Shown here one piece after another: positions 1 to 11,841 of a stretch of 62,515 bases of DNA. Position 1 is the stretch's first letter. Every line of letters begins with the position of its first letter. The DNA lies in contig JBFKKR010000003.1 in assembly GCA_041682035.1 (NCBI GenBank), forward strand, positions 1 to 62,515, read 5' to 3'. Under the pieces are notes generated by a model, which was not told the origin of the DNA, did no database searches, and worked only from the letters and a program-made list of their open reading frames with translations. Source of the stretch: Pseudomonadales bacterium. Lineage in GTDB: Bacteria > Pseudomonadota > Gammaproteobacteria > Pseudomonadales > JBFGWM01. A program made the translations under genes and the position numbers.

Positions 1-165
1 CGTGGGCCGCAATACCGCGAGAATCAGGCGCAGCAGCGTGCTCTTGCCGGCGCCGGAGTGGCCGGTGATGAAGGCCATCTCGCCCGGCTGCAAAGAAAAG
101 GTGATGCCCTCCAGCGCTTCCTGGCCGCTGTCATAGCGCATCCCGACCTGCTCGAACTCGATCAT
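1..165 (-). CDS. ftsE: Cell division ATP-binding protein FtsE, N-terminal 55 codons (gene runs off window start)
   Basis: Manual reverse translation gives MIEFEQVGMRYDSGQEALEGITFSLQPGEMAFITGHSGAGKSTLLRLILAVLRPT, with a Walker A GHSGAGKST. It lies 30 nt downstream of the ftsY stop on the same strand. Confidence 0.9.
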   Translation of the reverse strand, partial: MIEFEQVGMRYDSGQEALEGITFSLQPGEMAFITGHSGAGKSTLLRLILAVLRPT

Positions 166-195
166 GCGTCGGGTCCCGGCAGGCAGGGGGGAAAT

Positions 196-1491
196 TCAGC
201 CGAGCAGTGCATCGACAAAGGGTTCCGCCTCGAATGGACGCAGGTCCGCGGCCTGCTCGCCGATCCCGATGAAACGGATCGGGATCTGTAACTGGCCGGC
301 AACCGCGAACAGGATGCCGCCGCGCGCGGTGCCATCGAGCTTGGTCATGGCGATCCCGCTGACCTGCACAGCCTGCCGGAACGTGTCGGCCTGTGCCAGC
401 GCGTTCTGCCCGGTGCCCGCATCCAGCACCAGCAACACCTCGTGCGGGGCGCTGGCGTCGGCCTTGCCGATCACCCGTGCGACCTTGGCCAGCTCGTCCA
501 TCAGGTTGTCCTTGTTGTGCAGGCGCCCGGCGGTGTCGGCGATGACGACATCGATGTTGCGCGCGCGCGCCGACTCGATGGCATCGAAGATCACGGCCGC
601 GCTGTCGGCGCCGGTCTGCTGCGCGACCACCGGCACACCGTTGCGTTCGCCCCACACCTGCAGTTGCTCGACCGCCGCGGCGCGGAACGTGTCGCCGGCG
701 GCGAGCAGCACGCTGCGGCCCTCGTCGCGGAAGCGGCGCGCCAGCTTGCCGATGGTGGTGGTCTTGCCGACCCCGTTCACGCCCACCACGAGTATCACGA
801 ACGGCCCCTCACCCTCGCGCACCAATTCGAGGGGCTGTTCGCAGGGCCGCAGCAGTTGCAGGAGTTCATCGCGCAGCAGCGCGCGCAGGTCGTCGCCGCC
901 ACCGGCGCGCTCGCGGATGCGGCCGACGATGGCTTCCGTCACCGCCAGCCCGACGTCGGCGGTGAGCAGGACGGTTTCAAGTTCCTCCAGCACGTCCTCG
1001 TCGATGGCGCCGCCCTGGAACAGCGCCGAGAAACTTTCCTGTAGTTTCTCCCGCGTGCGCGCCAGCCCGTCGCGCATGCGCGCCAGCCAGTCGACCGGCG
1101 GAGGCGCGGGCTCGATCGCCTCCGGCGCCTCCACCGGGATGGGGACAGGCTCGGCAACGGGCTGTTCCAGGCGCAGTTCACTTTGCGCCGGCGCGGTGAC
1201 AGGGGCGCCGGCTGCATCCGGTTCCGGGGCCGGCGGCGCCGGTTCTGCCGGCGCGGGGCGCAGCGGCCGTGGCGGGACATCAGGCGCTGGCGCCTGCGGC
1301 GGCAAGGGCACGGCGCGTGCCGCGGCCCGTCCGCCCAGGAACGCGAAGACCCGTGCGGGCGGCCGCGGCGCGGGCTCCGCGAAGCGCAGCAGCGGCCGGC
1401 CGGCACTCGCCGGCGCATCCGCCAGTCGTGCAGCACGCGCCCGCAGGAAGGAGAAAACATAACGGTGCCGGACCCGGCTGCGGAGGCTCAT
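196..1491 (-). CDS. ftsY: Signal recognition particle receptor FtsY
   Basis: ORF 196..1590. The C-terminal NG domain has [29 protein letters not shown] and TKLDGTA motifs. The N-terminus is a Pro/Ala/Glu-rich A-domain. I chose ATG 1491 (MSLRS...) as the start; it could be 1590. Confidence 0.9.
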   Translation of the reverse strand: MSLRSRVRHRYVFSFLRARAARLADAPASAGRPLLRFAEPAPRPPARVFAFLGGRAAARAVPLPPQAPAPDVPPRPLRPAPAEPAPPAPEPDAAGAPVTAPAQSELRLEQPVAEPVPIPVEAPEAIEPAPPPVDWLARMRDGLARTREKLQESFSALFQGGAIDEDVLEELETVLLTADVGLAVTEAIVGRIRERAGGGDDLRALLRDELLQLLRPCEQPLELVREGEGPFVILVVGVNGVGKTTTIGKLARRFRDEGRSVLLAAGDTFRAAAVEQLQVWGERNGVPVVAQQTGADSAAVIFDAIESARARNIDVVIADTAGRLHNKDNLMDELAKVARVIGKADASAPHEVLLVLDAGTGQNALAQADTFRQAVQVSGIAMTKLDGTARGGILFAVAGQLQIPIRFIGIGEQAADLRPFEAEPFVDALLG

Positions 1492-1595
1492 GGTGTCGCT
1501 GGTTCCCACTGCTCTGGTAGAGGAATCGGAGTCATCGCGCCTGTTGGGCGCGAACGCATGCGTTATCCTACCACCTCGTTTTCGGAGCATGACGA

Positions 1596-2963
1596 ATGCA
1601 AAAAGGTTTTGTTTTCACCCTGCTGCTGCTGTGCTGCAGCACGCCCGTTGCCGCCCTGGAAGTCCGCAGCTTCGCCAGCCGGACCTCCGAGTTCGTGCTC
1701 GGCAACGGGCTCAAGCTGGTCGTTCACGAGGACCGGCGCGCGCCGGTGGTCATCAACCAGGTCTGGTACCGGGTCGGATCGGCCTGGGAGCCGCCGGGAC
1801 GGACCGGCGTCTCCCACGTGCTCGAACACATGATGTTCAAGGGCACCACCCACCTGCAGCCGGGCCAGTTCTCCGAGCTGATCGCACGCGTCGGCGGCCA
1901 GGAGAACGCGTTCACCAACACCGACTACACCGGCTACTACCAGCAACTCGCGGTCGAACACCTGGAGCTCGCGCTGCAGCTGGAGGCGGAGCGCATGGCC
2001 AACCTGCGGCTCGACGAGGAGGACTTTGCACGGGAGCTGGACGTGGTGAAAGAGGAACGACGCCTGCGCACGGACGACCAGCCGCCGGCACGTTTCCGCG
2101 AGCGGCTGCGCGCCACCGCCTACCTGGCGAGCGCCTACGGACAGCCGGTGATCGGCTGGATGCATGACCTGGACCGCCTGACCGTGAAGGACATCCGGCG
2201 CTGGTACGAGGACTGGTACGCGCCGAACAACGCGGTGCTCGTGGTCTGCGGCGACGTGGTGGCGAAAGACGTGCTGGTGCTGGCCGAAAAGCATTTCGGC
2301 GGCATCCCCGCGCGCGACCTCGCCGAACCGCCCGCGCTGCTGGAGATCGCCCGACCCGGCAGCCGCCAGCTCCAGGTCCGGATGCCGGTGCAGCTGCCAC
2401 AGGTGAGCCTGACCTGGAATGTGCCCGGATTCCGTACCGCGCCGGAGCCCTGGGAGAGCCACGCGCTGCGCATGCTGGCCGGGGTGCTGGATGCCGGCTA
2501 CAGCGCCCGCATCGAGTCCGAACTGGTGCGGGGATCCGAGCTGGCGCTGGGGGCCGGCGCCAGCTACGACCAGTTCGCCCGCGGCGACAGCCTGTTCACG
2601 CTGTCGGGCACGCCAAACCCGCCCACCGAGGCGGGCCTGGAGGCGCTGGAGGCCGCGTTGCACGCCCAGGTGCGCCGGCTGCAGGAGACCCTCGCGGACG
2701 CCGACGAACTGTCACGGGTCCGGGCGCAGGTCCTGGCAGGACTGGTGTTCAGCCACGATTCCCTGCACGGCCGCGCCAACATGATCGGCTCGCTGGAGGC
2801 CATGGGCATCTCCTGGCGGGTGCTGGACGAATACATTCCAGCGATCGAACAGGTGACCGCGGAACAGGTGCGCGACGTCGCACGCCGTTACCTGGTGGCG
2901 GAGAACCTCACCACCGGCCGCCTGCTGCCCGAGTCGGCAGATGAACAGGAGGTACAGCCATGA
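1596..2963 (+). CDS. M16 family zinc metallopeptidase (active subunit, secreted)
   Basis: 455 aa with a signal peptide MQKGFVFTLLLLCCSTPVAALE and an inverted zinc motif HVLEHMMFKG (HxxEH). Divergent from ftsY, as I recall for Pseudomonas. Confidence 0.88.
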   Translation: MQKGFVFTLLLLCCSTPVAALEVRSFASRTSEFVLGNGLKLVVHEDRRAPVVINQVWYRVGSAWEPPGRTGVSHVLEHMMFKGTTHLQPGQFSELIARVGGQENAFTNTDYTGYYQQLAVEHLELALQLEAERMANLRLDEEDFARELDVVKEERRLRTDDQPPARFRERLRATAYLASAYGQPVIGWMHDLDRLTVKDIRRWYEDWYAPNNAVLVVCGDVVAKDVLVLAEKHFGGIPARDLAEPPALLEIARPGSRQLQVRMPVQLPQVSLTWNVPGFRTAPEPWESHALRMLAGVLDAGYSARIESELVRGSELALGAGASYDQFARGDSLFTLSGTPNPPTEAGLEALEAALHAQVRRLQETLADADELSRVRAQVLAGLVFSHDSLHGRANMIGSLEAMGISWRVLDEYIPAIEQVTAEQVRDVARRYLVAENLTTGRLLPESADEQEVQP

Positions 2964-4408
2964 AGAAGCAGGAAACTTTCTTCAACCGCCGCTTCCTGTG
3001 GGCGCTGGTGCTCATCCTGCCCCTGGTCATCCTGCTGCTCGGGCGCAGCCAGCAGCCCGCACGGGAAACGGCCGGCGATGACGCAGCGGGGGCCGCGCCC
3101 ACGGCCGGATTTCAACTGGTCGACACCGCCGGCGCGCCCGCCCGCCAGCGTGCCCTGCCGGTCGAGTCCTGGGAAAGCGCCGGCGCGAAGGTGCTGTTCA
3201 TGCGCGCCGACGAGGTGCCGATCCTTGATGTACGACTGGTGTTCAATGCCGGCGCCGCGCGCGACGGCGAGCTGCCCGGGCTGGCACAGATGACCAGCAG
3301 CCTGCTCGGCGAGGGCACCCGCAGCCGCGACGCAGGCGCCGTGGCGACCGTGTTCGAGAGCGTCGGGGCCGACTTCTCCACCAGCAGCCACCGCGACATG
3401 GGCATCGTGGAGCTGCGCACCCTGGCGGACGACCGCTTCCGCGGCCCGGCCGTCGGGATGCTCAAGGAGATCCTGGCCGAACCGGCCTTCGCCGCAGAGG
3501 CGCTCGAACGGGAGCGCAAGAAGATGCTGGCTGCGCTGCGCAGGCAGGCGCAGAGCCCCGGCGGCATCATGTCGCTGCGCTTCTATCCGGAGCTTTACGG
3601 GGACCACCCCTACGGCATCCCGGCAGCCGGCACACCGGCATCCCTGGCGCGCATCGAGGCGCAGCAGGTGCGCGACTTCTACCGGCGCTACTACAACCGC
3701 GGCAACCTGGTCATCGTGGTGGTGGGCGCCGTGTCCACCGAGGAGGCGCGCACTCTGTCGGACGAGATCGCGGAGGCGTTGCCGGAGGGCCGGCCGGCAC
3801 CGCCGATCCCGCCACCGGCGCCAGCCCCCGGGCGCTCCGTGCAGGTGCCGTTCGAATCGCAGCAGGCCCACATCCAGATCGGCATGCCGAGCGTGCGCCG
3901 CGACGACGCCGACCTCGTCGCGCTGATGGTCGGCAACGAGATCTTCGGCGGCGGCGGACTGACCTCGGAACTCTACCGGCTGATTCGCGAGGAGCGCGGG
4001 CTCGCCTATTCGGTCTACAGCTACTTCTCGGCCATGCAGGCGGAAGGGCCATTCGGGATCGGGCTGCAGACCCGCGCCGACCAGGCCGACGAAGCCATCC
4101 GGCTGGTGCAGGAGGCCCTGCGGGACTTCCTGGCGAACGGGCCGACGGAAGAACAGGTGCGCGAGGCGCGCCGGCACCTGGCCGGTTCCTTCCCGCTGCA
4201 GACCGCCAGCAACGACGCCATCACCGGCCACCTCGGCTCGATCGGTTTCTACGACCTGCCCCTGGATTACCTCGAGACCTATGTCGCCCGGGTCAACGCC
4301 GTGACCCGCGAGGACGTGATCGGGGCATTCCGGCGCCATGTCGACCCGGAACGGCTGCTGCTGATCCGGGTGGGTCCGGAAAGCGCAACGGTGCAGGAGG
4401 GGCCGTGA
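2960..4408 (+). CDS. M16 family peptidase-like protein, non-catalytic partner (no HxxEH)
   Basis: 482 aa with an N-terminal membrane anchor LWALVLILPLVILLL. M16-type sequence but no HxxEH motif seen. Its ATG overlaps the upstream stop (ATGA). Confidence 0.85.
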   Translation: MKKQETFFNRRFLWALVLILPLVILLLGRSQQPARETAGDDAAGAAPTAGFQLVDTAGAPARQRALPVESWESAGAKVLFMRADEVPILDVRLVFNAGAARDGELPGLAQMTSSLLGEGTRSRDAGAVATVFESVGADFSTSSHRDMGIVELRTLADDRFRGPAVGMLKEILAEPAFAAEALERERKKMLAALRRQAQSPGGIMSLRFYPELYGDHPYGIPAAGTPASLARIEAQQVRDFYRRYYNRGNLVIVVVGAVSTEEARTLSDEIAEALPEGRPAPPIPPPAPAPGRSVQVPFESQQAHIQIGMPSVRRDDADLVALMVGNEIFGGGGLTSELYRLIREERGLAYSVYSYFSAMQAEGPFGIGLQTRADQADEAIRLVQEALRDFLANGPTEEQVREARRHLAGSFPLQTASNDAITGHLGSIGFYDLPLDYLETYVARVNAVTREDVIGAFRRHVDPERLLLIRVGPESATVQEGP

Positions 4409-4974
4409 AACGCCCCGGCCGGACCGGCCACGTCCGCATCATCGGCGGCGCGCTGCGGGGGCGTCGCCTGGCGGTGCCCGACCTGCCCGGGCTGCGGCCG
4501 ACCCCGGACCGCACGCGCGAGACACTGTTCAACTGGCTCGGCCCGTTGCACGGCCTGCGTGCGCTGGACCTGTTCGCGGGCACCGGGGCGCTCGGGCTGG
4601 AGGCCTGTTCCCGGGGCGCGGAAGCGGTCGTCCTGGTGGAGCGGGACGCACGCGCCTGCACCGCGCTGGAACGCCTGGCGCAGGATTGGCGGCTGGAGAA
4701 CGTGGCCGTCATCCGGGCCGATGCGCTGGAATGGCTGGACAGGCGGGGTCGCGAACACGCCCCCTTCGACCTCGTTTTTCTCGACCCGCCGTTCGACGCG
4801 GACCTGCTCGACAGCACCCTGGCACGGCTGCAGACGGGGGCGTTCCTGGCCGGGGACGCCCGCGTTTACGCCGAGTACCCGGCCGGCCGGCCGGCGCCGG
4901 CGCCGCCACCGGGCTGGCAGGCACACCGGACCGGCCGGTCTCCGCACACCGGCTACGTGCTGTACCAGGCGTGA
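4405..4974 (+). CDS. rsmD: 16S rRNA (guanine966-N2)-methyltransferase RsmD
   Basis: 189 aa with motifs LDLFAGTGALGLEA and FLDPPF. The GTG start overlaps the upstream stop (GTGA). Confidence 0.88.
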   Translation: MKRPGRTGHVRIIGGALRGRRLAVPDLPGLRPTPDRTRETLFNWLGPLHGLRALDLFAGTGALGLEACSRGAEAVVLVERDARACTALERLAQDWRLENVAVIRADALEWLDRRGREHAPFDLVFLDPPFDADLLDSTLARLQTGAFLAGDARVYAEYPAGRPAPAPPPGWQAHRTGRSPHTGYVLYQA

Positions 4975-5984
4975 GCGTCGTCGAAAGCGGTTTCCGGCCC
5001 GCCTGGTGGCTGCCTGGTGCGCACTTGCAGACCATCGTGCCCAGCCGCCTGCGCCGGTTCCGGCCACCGCCAAGAATCCGCCAGCGCATGGAACTGCCGG
5101 ACGGCGACTTCATCGACCTGGACTGGACCGGCCTGGAGCACGAGGGCCGGCCGCTGGTGATCATTCTGCACGGCCTGACCGGTTCATCCGAGTCCCAGTA
5201 CGCCTGGGGACTGCAGGCCGCCCTGCTGCGACGGTGCTGGACCAGCGTGGTGCTGAACTTCCGTGGCTGCAGCGGCGAGATCAACCGGCTGCCGCGCGCC
5301 TACCATTCCGGCGAGACCGGCGATCTCGACAGCCTCGTGCGCTGGCTGCGGTCCCAGCCCCGGTTCCAGGCCCGGCCGATCGCCGCCGTCGGTTTCTCAC
5401 TCGGGGGCAACGTGCTGCTGAAGTGGCTGGGCGAGCAGGGCGCGGATGCGCCCCTGTGCACCGCCGTGGCGGTATCGGTGCCCTATGACCTGCAGGCCTG
5501 CCAGCGCAAGCTGGATTCGCCCGCCGCCCGTATCTATCGCGATCACCTGCTCGGCAACCTGCTGCAGGCCGCGACGCGCAAGCGGGAGCACTACCGGCGC
5601 ACGGCGGCGGCGGAGTTCCTGCAGCACCACCTCGGCCTCGGACCCCTGGACGGGATCAGCACGCTCTGGGAATTCGACGACCGCATCACCGCGCCCCTGC
5701 ACGCATTCGACGGCGCGGCCGACTACTATGCGCGCTGCAGCAGCCGCCCCTTCCTGCACGCCATCCGGGTGCCGGTGCTGCTCATCCACGCGGTGGACGA
5801 CCCACTGGTCGACGCCGACGCCATCCCCACGGCCAGCGAACTGGCGGATGGCACGGTACTGGAACTGAGCCAGCGCGGCGGGCATGTCGGTTTCGTGTCC
5901 GGCAACCTGCCGGGCAGCCCCTGCTACTGGCTGGAGGAACGCATCCCGGACCACCTCGGCGCCGCGTTCCGCTGCGCCGGCTGA
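4971..5984 (+). CDS. Alpha/beta-fold hydrolase, YheT-like
   Basis: Lies in frame within ORF 4686..5984. GTG 4971 overlaps the rsmD stop (GTGA). Contains FRPAWWLPGAHLQTIVPS, LHGLTGSSES and the nucleophile elbow GFSLGGN. Confidence 0.8.
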   Translation: MSVVESGFRPAWWLPGAHLQTIVPSRLRRFRPPPRIRQRMELPDGDFIDLDWTGLEHEGRPLVIILHGLTGSSESQYAWGLQAALLRRCWTSVVLNFRGCSGEINRLPRAYHSGETGDLDSLVRWLRSQPRFQARPIAAVGFSLGGNVLLKWLGEQGADAPLCTAVAVSVPYDLQACQRKLDSPAARIYRDHLLGNLLQAATRKREHYRRTAAAEFLQHHLGLGPLDGISTLWEFDDRITAPLHAFDGAADYYARCSSRPFLHAIRVPVLLIHAVDDPLVDADAIPTASELADGTVLELSQRGGHVGFVSGNLPGSPCYWLEERIPDHLGAAFRCAG

Positions 5985-6046
5985 CCCGCCGCGGACACCG
6001 GTCCGGTATCCCCTACAATGAATAGCCTGTGGCTGACGGGTTGGGC

Positions 6047-6610
6047 ATGAAGAACTTCTACCTTTCGCGGCGCAAGCTGATCAAGAACAGCCTGCTCGGC
6101 GCCACGTTTCTCGGCGCCAGTTCCGGGCTGGTCTACCTGATGGCGCCGCTGCGCCCGCGCGAACCCGCGCCCGGCGACTGGCTGTTGCTGCGCACGCAGG
6201 ATCTGCCGGCGCTGTATGCCATCGCACCATTGGTGCTGGGCAGCCGCCTGCCCGCCGCGGGCGCCGCGCGTGATGAACAGCTGCTGCGTGTGCTGCACAG
6301 CGCCGACGCGCTGCTTTACTACTCGTCCGAGGAGATCCACCGCCAGGCGCGGCAGGTGCTGGACCTGCTGAACGTCCCGGCGTACCGCATCCTGGTCGCC
6401 GGCATCCCGCGGCCCTGGCAGGAGACCGACGAGGCGGACATCCGCGACTTCCTGCGACGCTGGTCGCACTCGCGGCTGTCCGTCCTGCAGAACGTCATCA
6501 ATGCCGTCACGCGCGTGATCCAGGCTGCCTGGTACGCGGTACCGGAGCGCGTCGTGCGTACCGGCTATCCCGGCATTCCCGAGAACGCCCGCGTGCTCCT
6601 GCAGGACTGA
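6047..6610 (+). CDS. Tat-signal small subunit (gluconate 2-dehydrogenase subunit 3-like) paired with the GMC oxidoreductase
   Basis: N-terminus MKNFYLSRRKLIKNSLLGATFLGAS is a twin-arginine-type signal. It sits immediately upstream (3 nt) of a GMC flavoprotein that has no signal of its own. The start could instead be GTG 6029. Confidence 0.65.
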   Translation: MKNFYLSRRKLIKNSLLGATFLGASSGLVYLMAPLRPREPAPGDWLLLRTQDLPALYAIAPLVLGSRLPAAGAARDEQLLRVLHSADALLYYSSEEIHRQARQVLDLLNVPAYRILVAGIPRPWQETDEADIRDFLRRWSHSRLSVLQNVINAVTRVIQAAWYAVPERVVRTGYPGIPENARVLLQD

Positions 6611-6613
6611 CGC

Positions 6614-8764
<2,151 letters not shown>

Positions 8765-8765
<1 letters not shown>

Positions 8766-10453
8766 TGAATCATCGCTGGGGAATCTTCATGGTCCGGACC
8801 CTGCTGATCTGCCTGTCCCTCGGCGCATCCGCCGTCAGCGCGGACGACGGCAGGCCGCCCGCGGCAGCCATCGCCAGCGCCCACCCGCTGGCCACGCAGG
8901 CCGGCATGCAGGTACTGGAGGCCGGTGGCAATGCCTTCGACGCCGCCGTCACCGTGGCGGCGGTGCTCGGCGTGGCCGAGCCCTACAGCGCGGGCATCGG
9001 CGGCGGCGGCTTCTGGCTGCTGCGGATCGGCGACACCGGCCGCTACGTTTTCGTGGATGCGCGCGAGACGGCCCCGGCCGCCGCGACCCCGGACATGTAC
9101 CTCGACGGGGAGGGCGCGCCCCGCGACCGTGCCTCGCTGGACGGGCCGCTGGCGGCCGGCATCCCGGGACAGGCGGCCGCGTTCGCACACATCGCCGGAA
9201 AGTACGGCCGGCTGCAGCTCCCGCGGCTGCTGCGTCCCGCGGTGCGGGTGGCGCGCGAGGGCTTCCTGGCAGACCCGAAGTACCGCCTGTTGGCGCTGTA
9301 CCGGATGGACGCGCTGGAAAGCCACGCGCAGACCGCCGAGATCTTCGTGCCGGACGGCGTACCGGAACCGGACACCCGCATCGTGCAGCCGGATCTCGCT
9401 GACACTCTGGAACGGCTGGGGGAACAGGGTTTCGATGGCTTCTACCGCGGGCCGCTGGCGCGCCGGCTGGTCGCCGGCGTGCGGCGCGAGGGCGGCATCT
9501 GGACCGAGGCAGACCTCGCCGGCTACCGCGTGCAGGAACGCGAGCCGATCCGCTTCTCGCTCGGCCCGCACCGCTTCATCAGCGCGCCGCCACCATCCGC
9601 CGGCGGCATCGCGCTGGCCACCATCACCCAGATTCTCGACGCCTGGTCCTGGCGCGAACTGGGACCGATCGACCAGGCCCACCTGCTGGTGGAGGCGATG
9701 CGGCGCGCCTACCGCGACCGGGCGCAATACCTCGGCGACCCCGACTTCGTGCCGGTGCCGGTCGCGCGGCTGATCTCCGGTCGCCACGCCGGGCAACTGG
9801 CGGAGTCGATCCGTCTCGAGGAGCGTACCGACAGCCTCGACCTGCCGGCCACGACGGCGCCGGAGGCAGCCGGCACCCACACCACCCACTTTTCGGTGCT
9901 CGACCGGCAGGGCAACATGGTGGCGGCGACCCTGAGCATCAACACGCCGTTCGGTGCGGCCTACGTGCCGCCCGGTACCGGCGTACTGCTCAACAACGAG
10001 ATGGACGACTTCTCGGCCGCACCCGGCCAGCCCAACACCTACGGACTGGTGGGCAGCGAGCCCAATGCCATCGCACCGGGCAAGCGGCCGCTGTCCAGCA
10101 TGACACCGACGATCATCGAGTCACCGGGCCGGTTTGCCATCCTCGGCACCCCGGGCGGCAGCCGCATCATCACCATGGTGCTGCTGGGCGCGCTGGAACA
10201 CCTCGCGGGCGAGTTGCCGGAGGCCTGGGTCTCGCGGCCGCGGTTCCATCACCAGTACCTGCCGGACGTCATCCAGCACGAACCGGACGCATTCAACGCC
10301 ACCCTGCGCGCGGGTCTGCTGGGCAAGGGGCACGTACTGCAGTCCGTCGGCCGCAGGTACGGCAACATGCAGGCGATCCTGTGGGATGTCGATCAAAGGG
10401 CGGTGCACGCCGCCAGCGATCCGCGCGGCATCGGCGCCGCGCAGGTGCGCTGA
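8765..10453 (+). CDS. ggt: Gamma-glutamyltransferase
   Basis: Lies in frame within ORF 8609..10453. ATG 8765 overlaps the last base of the coaD stop. Has a signal peptide MVRTLLICLSLGASAVSA and an autoprocessing/catalytic Thr context AGTHTTHFSVLDRQGNMVA. Also contains GGSRII. Confidence 0.9.
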
Positions 10454-10489
10454 CGGCAGGGCGGCAACCGCACCGGCGCAGAAAAACAA

Positions 10490-10516
10490 AAAAGGGCAGC
10501 GCGGGCTGCCCTTTTC
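10490..10516. terminator. Bidirectional intrinsic terminator between ggt and the convergent small gene
   Basis: The sequence aaaaGGGCAGCgcggGCTGCCCttttc is a 7-bp GC stem flanked by an A-tract and a T-tract. Confidence 0.75.
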
Positions 10517-10534
10517 ATGTCGGGAGGATGCCGG

Positions 10535-10861
10535 TCAGAAATTCAGGTGCTGGTCGTTGACACGTTCCACGCAACCGAGGCAACGGAAGAACGTGTTCTT
10601 CGCCGGTTCGATGAACAGGGTATCTGCCGCCTGCGCGGTATTGCCGCCCAGCGCGTGGAAGGGCAGCGAGATCACGAAAATCGCGCCGCCGAGCACCGTG
10701 GCGCCGAACAGCATCGGCCGGGCGATCAGTGCATCACCGGTCATGCGCAACGCGCTCGGATCCTGGTCTGCCAGGGACTTCGCCTGGCTGACGGTCGGCA
10801 TGGTCAGCATGAGAGAGGCCACCAGGGCTGCCAGGGTCTGGCGCAGGCCGGGGAATTTCAT
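10535..10861 (-). CDS. Small exported/membrane protein with C-terminal CxxC, function unknown
   Basis: MKFPGLRQTLAALVASLMLTMPTVSQA is a signal peptide. There is a second hydrophobic segment PMLFGATVLGGAIFVISLPF, and FFRCLGC near the C-terminus. The start could be 10879. Confidence 0.6.
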   Translation of the reverse strand: MKFPGLRQTLAALVASLMLTMPTVSQAKSLADQDPSALRMTGDALIARPMLFGATVLGGAIFVISLPFHALGGNTAQAADTLFIEPAKNTFFRCLGCVERVNDQHLNF

Positions 10862-10952
10862 TTCACACGCTCCTTTCAACGGGATAGTCAGGCGACAGTC
10901 ACTCTAAGCTTCCATAATAGCTGAAATTTTCCCGGCCAGAAGAGGCCGCGCA

Positions 10953-11768
10953 TCAGCGCTGGCAGGCCGGGCACCAGAACGTGCTCCGCTGGCCCAGGCG
11001 GATGGTCCGGATCGGCTGCCCGCAGGCCCGGCAGGGTTGCCCGGCGCGGCCATAAACCGCCAGCTGCCGGGCGAAATACCCGGGGCTGCCGTTGCCGTTC
11101 ACGAAGTCCCGCAGGGTGGTGCCACCCTGCTCTATGGCGTTAGCAAGTACACACTTTACTGCCTCGGCCAGGCGGTCGTATCGCGCCCGGCTGACGCGGC
11201 CGCAGGCGGTGGCGGGACGGATGCCGGCGACGTGCAGGGACTCGCTGGCATAGATGTTCCCGACACCGACGACGTTGGCGGCATCCATGAGAAAAACCTT
11301 CACCGACACCCGGCGCCCACGCGAGCGCCGGTAGAGGTGCGCGCCATCGAATGCGTCCGAGAGGGGCTCGGGGCCGAGGTCGCTGAGCAGCGGATGGGCG
11401 TGCGGTTCCGCGCCGGCCAGCAGGATCGCACCGAACCGGCGTGGGTCATGATAGCGGAGCAGCACGCCACCGGAGAGCACGAACTCCAGGTGATCATGGC
11501 GGCGGCGCGCCTCCTCCGGGCGGACCAGCCGCAGGCTGCCCGACATGCCCAGGTGCACCAGCAGGGTTTCGTCCGGGAACCGGACCAGCAGGTACTTGGA
11601 GCGCCGTTCGACGGCGATCACCGGCCGACCGCGGAGCACCGCCGCGAGATCCTGCGGAACCGGCCAGCGCAGGCGCGGCTCGTACACCCGCACCGTGCGC
11701 ACGCGGCGGCCGCGCAGGTGGGGCTCGAGCCCCGCGCGCACGGTTTCGACCTCCGGCAGTTCCGGCAT
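10953..11768 (-). CDS. mutM: Formamidopyrimidine-DNA glycosylase
   Basis: N-terminus MPELPEVETV, with the catalytic Pro2 context. C-terminal zinc finger CRACGQPIRTIRLGQRSTFWCPACQ. Confidence 0.95.
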   Translation of the reverse strand: MPELPEVETVRAGLEPHLRGRRVRTVRVYEPRLRWPVPQDLAAVLRGRPVIAVERRSKYLLVRFPDETLLVHLGMSGSLRLVRPEEARRRHDHLEFVLSGGVLLRYHDPRRFGAILLAGAEPHAHPLLSDLGPEPLSDAFDGAHLYRRSRGRRVSVKVFLMDAANVVGVGNIYASESLHVAGIRPATACGRVSRARYDRLAEAVKCVLANAIEQGGTTLRDFVNGNGSPGYFARQLAVYGRAGQPCRACGQPIRTIRLGQRSTFWCPACQR

Positions 11769-11841
11769 ACCGCGTTCCTGCCTCCCGGGCAAAGCGCACT
11801 ACAATACCGGCCGGCCCGCGGACCTGCCACAGGAGTCGCCC

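Noticed and set aside
1040-1420. Pro/Ala-rich repetitive-looking stretches in ftsY, and similarly in algC at 19230..19480, as possible tandem DNA repeats or a CRISPR-like array.
   Set aside because: There is no exact DNA-level periodic repeat or spacer structure. These are low-complexity acidic/proline linkers in frame with real genes; the FtsY A-domain is normally like this.
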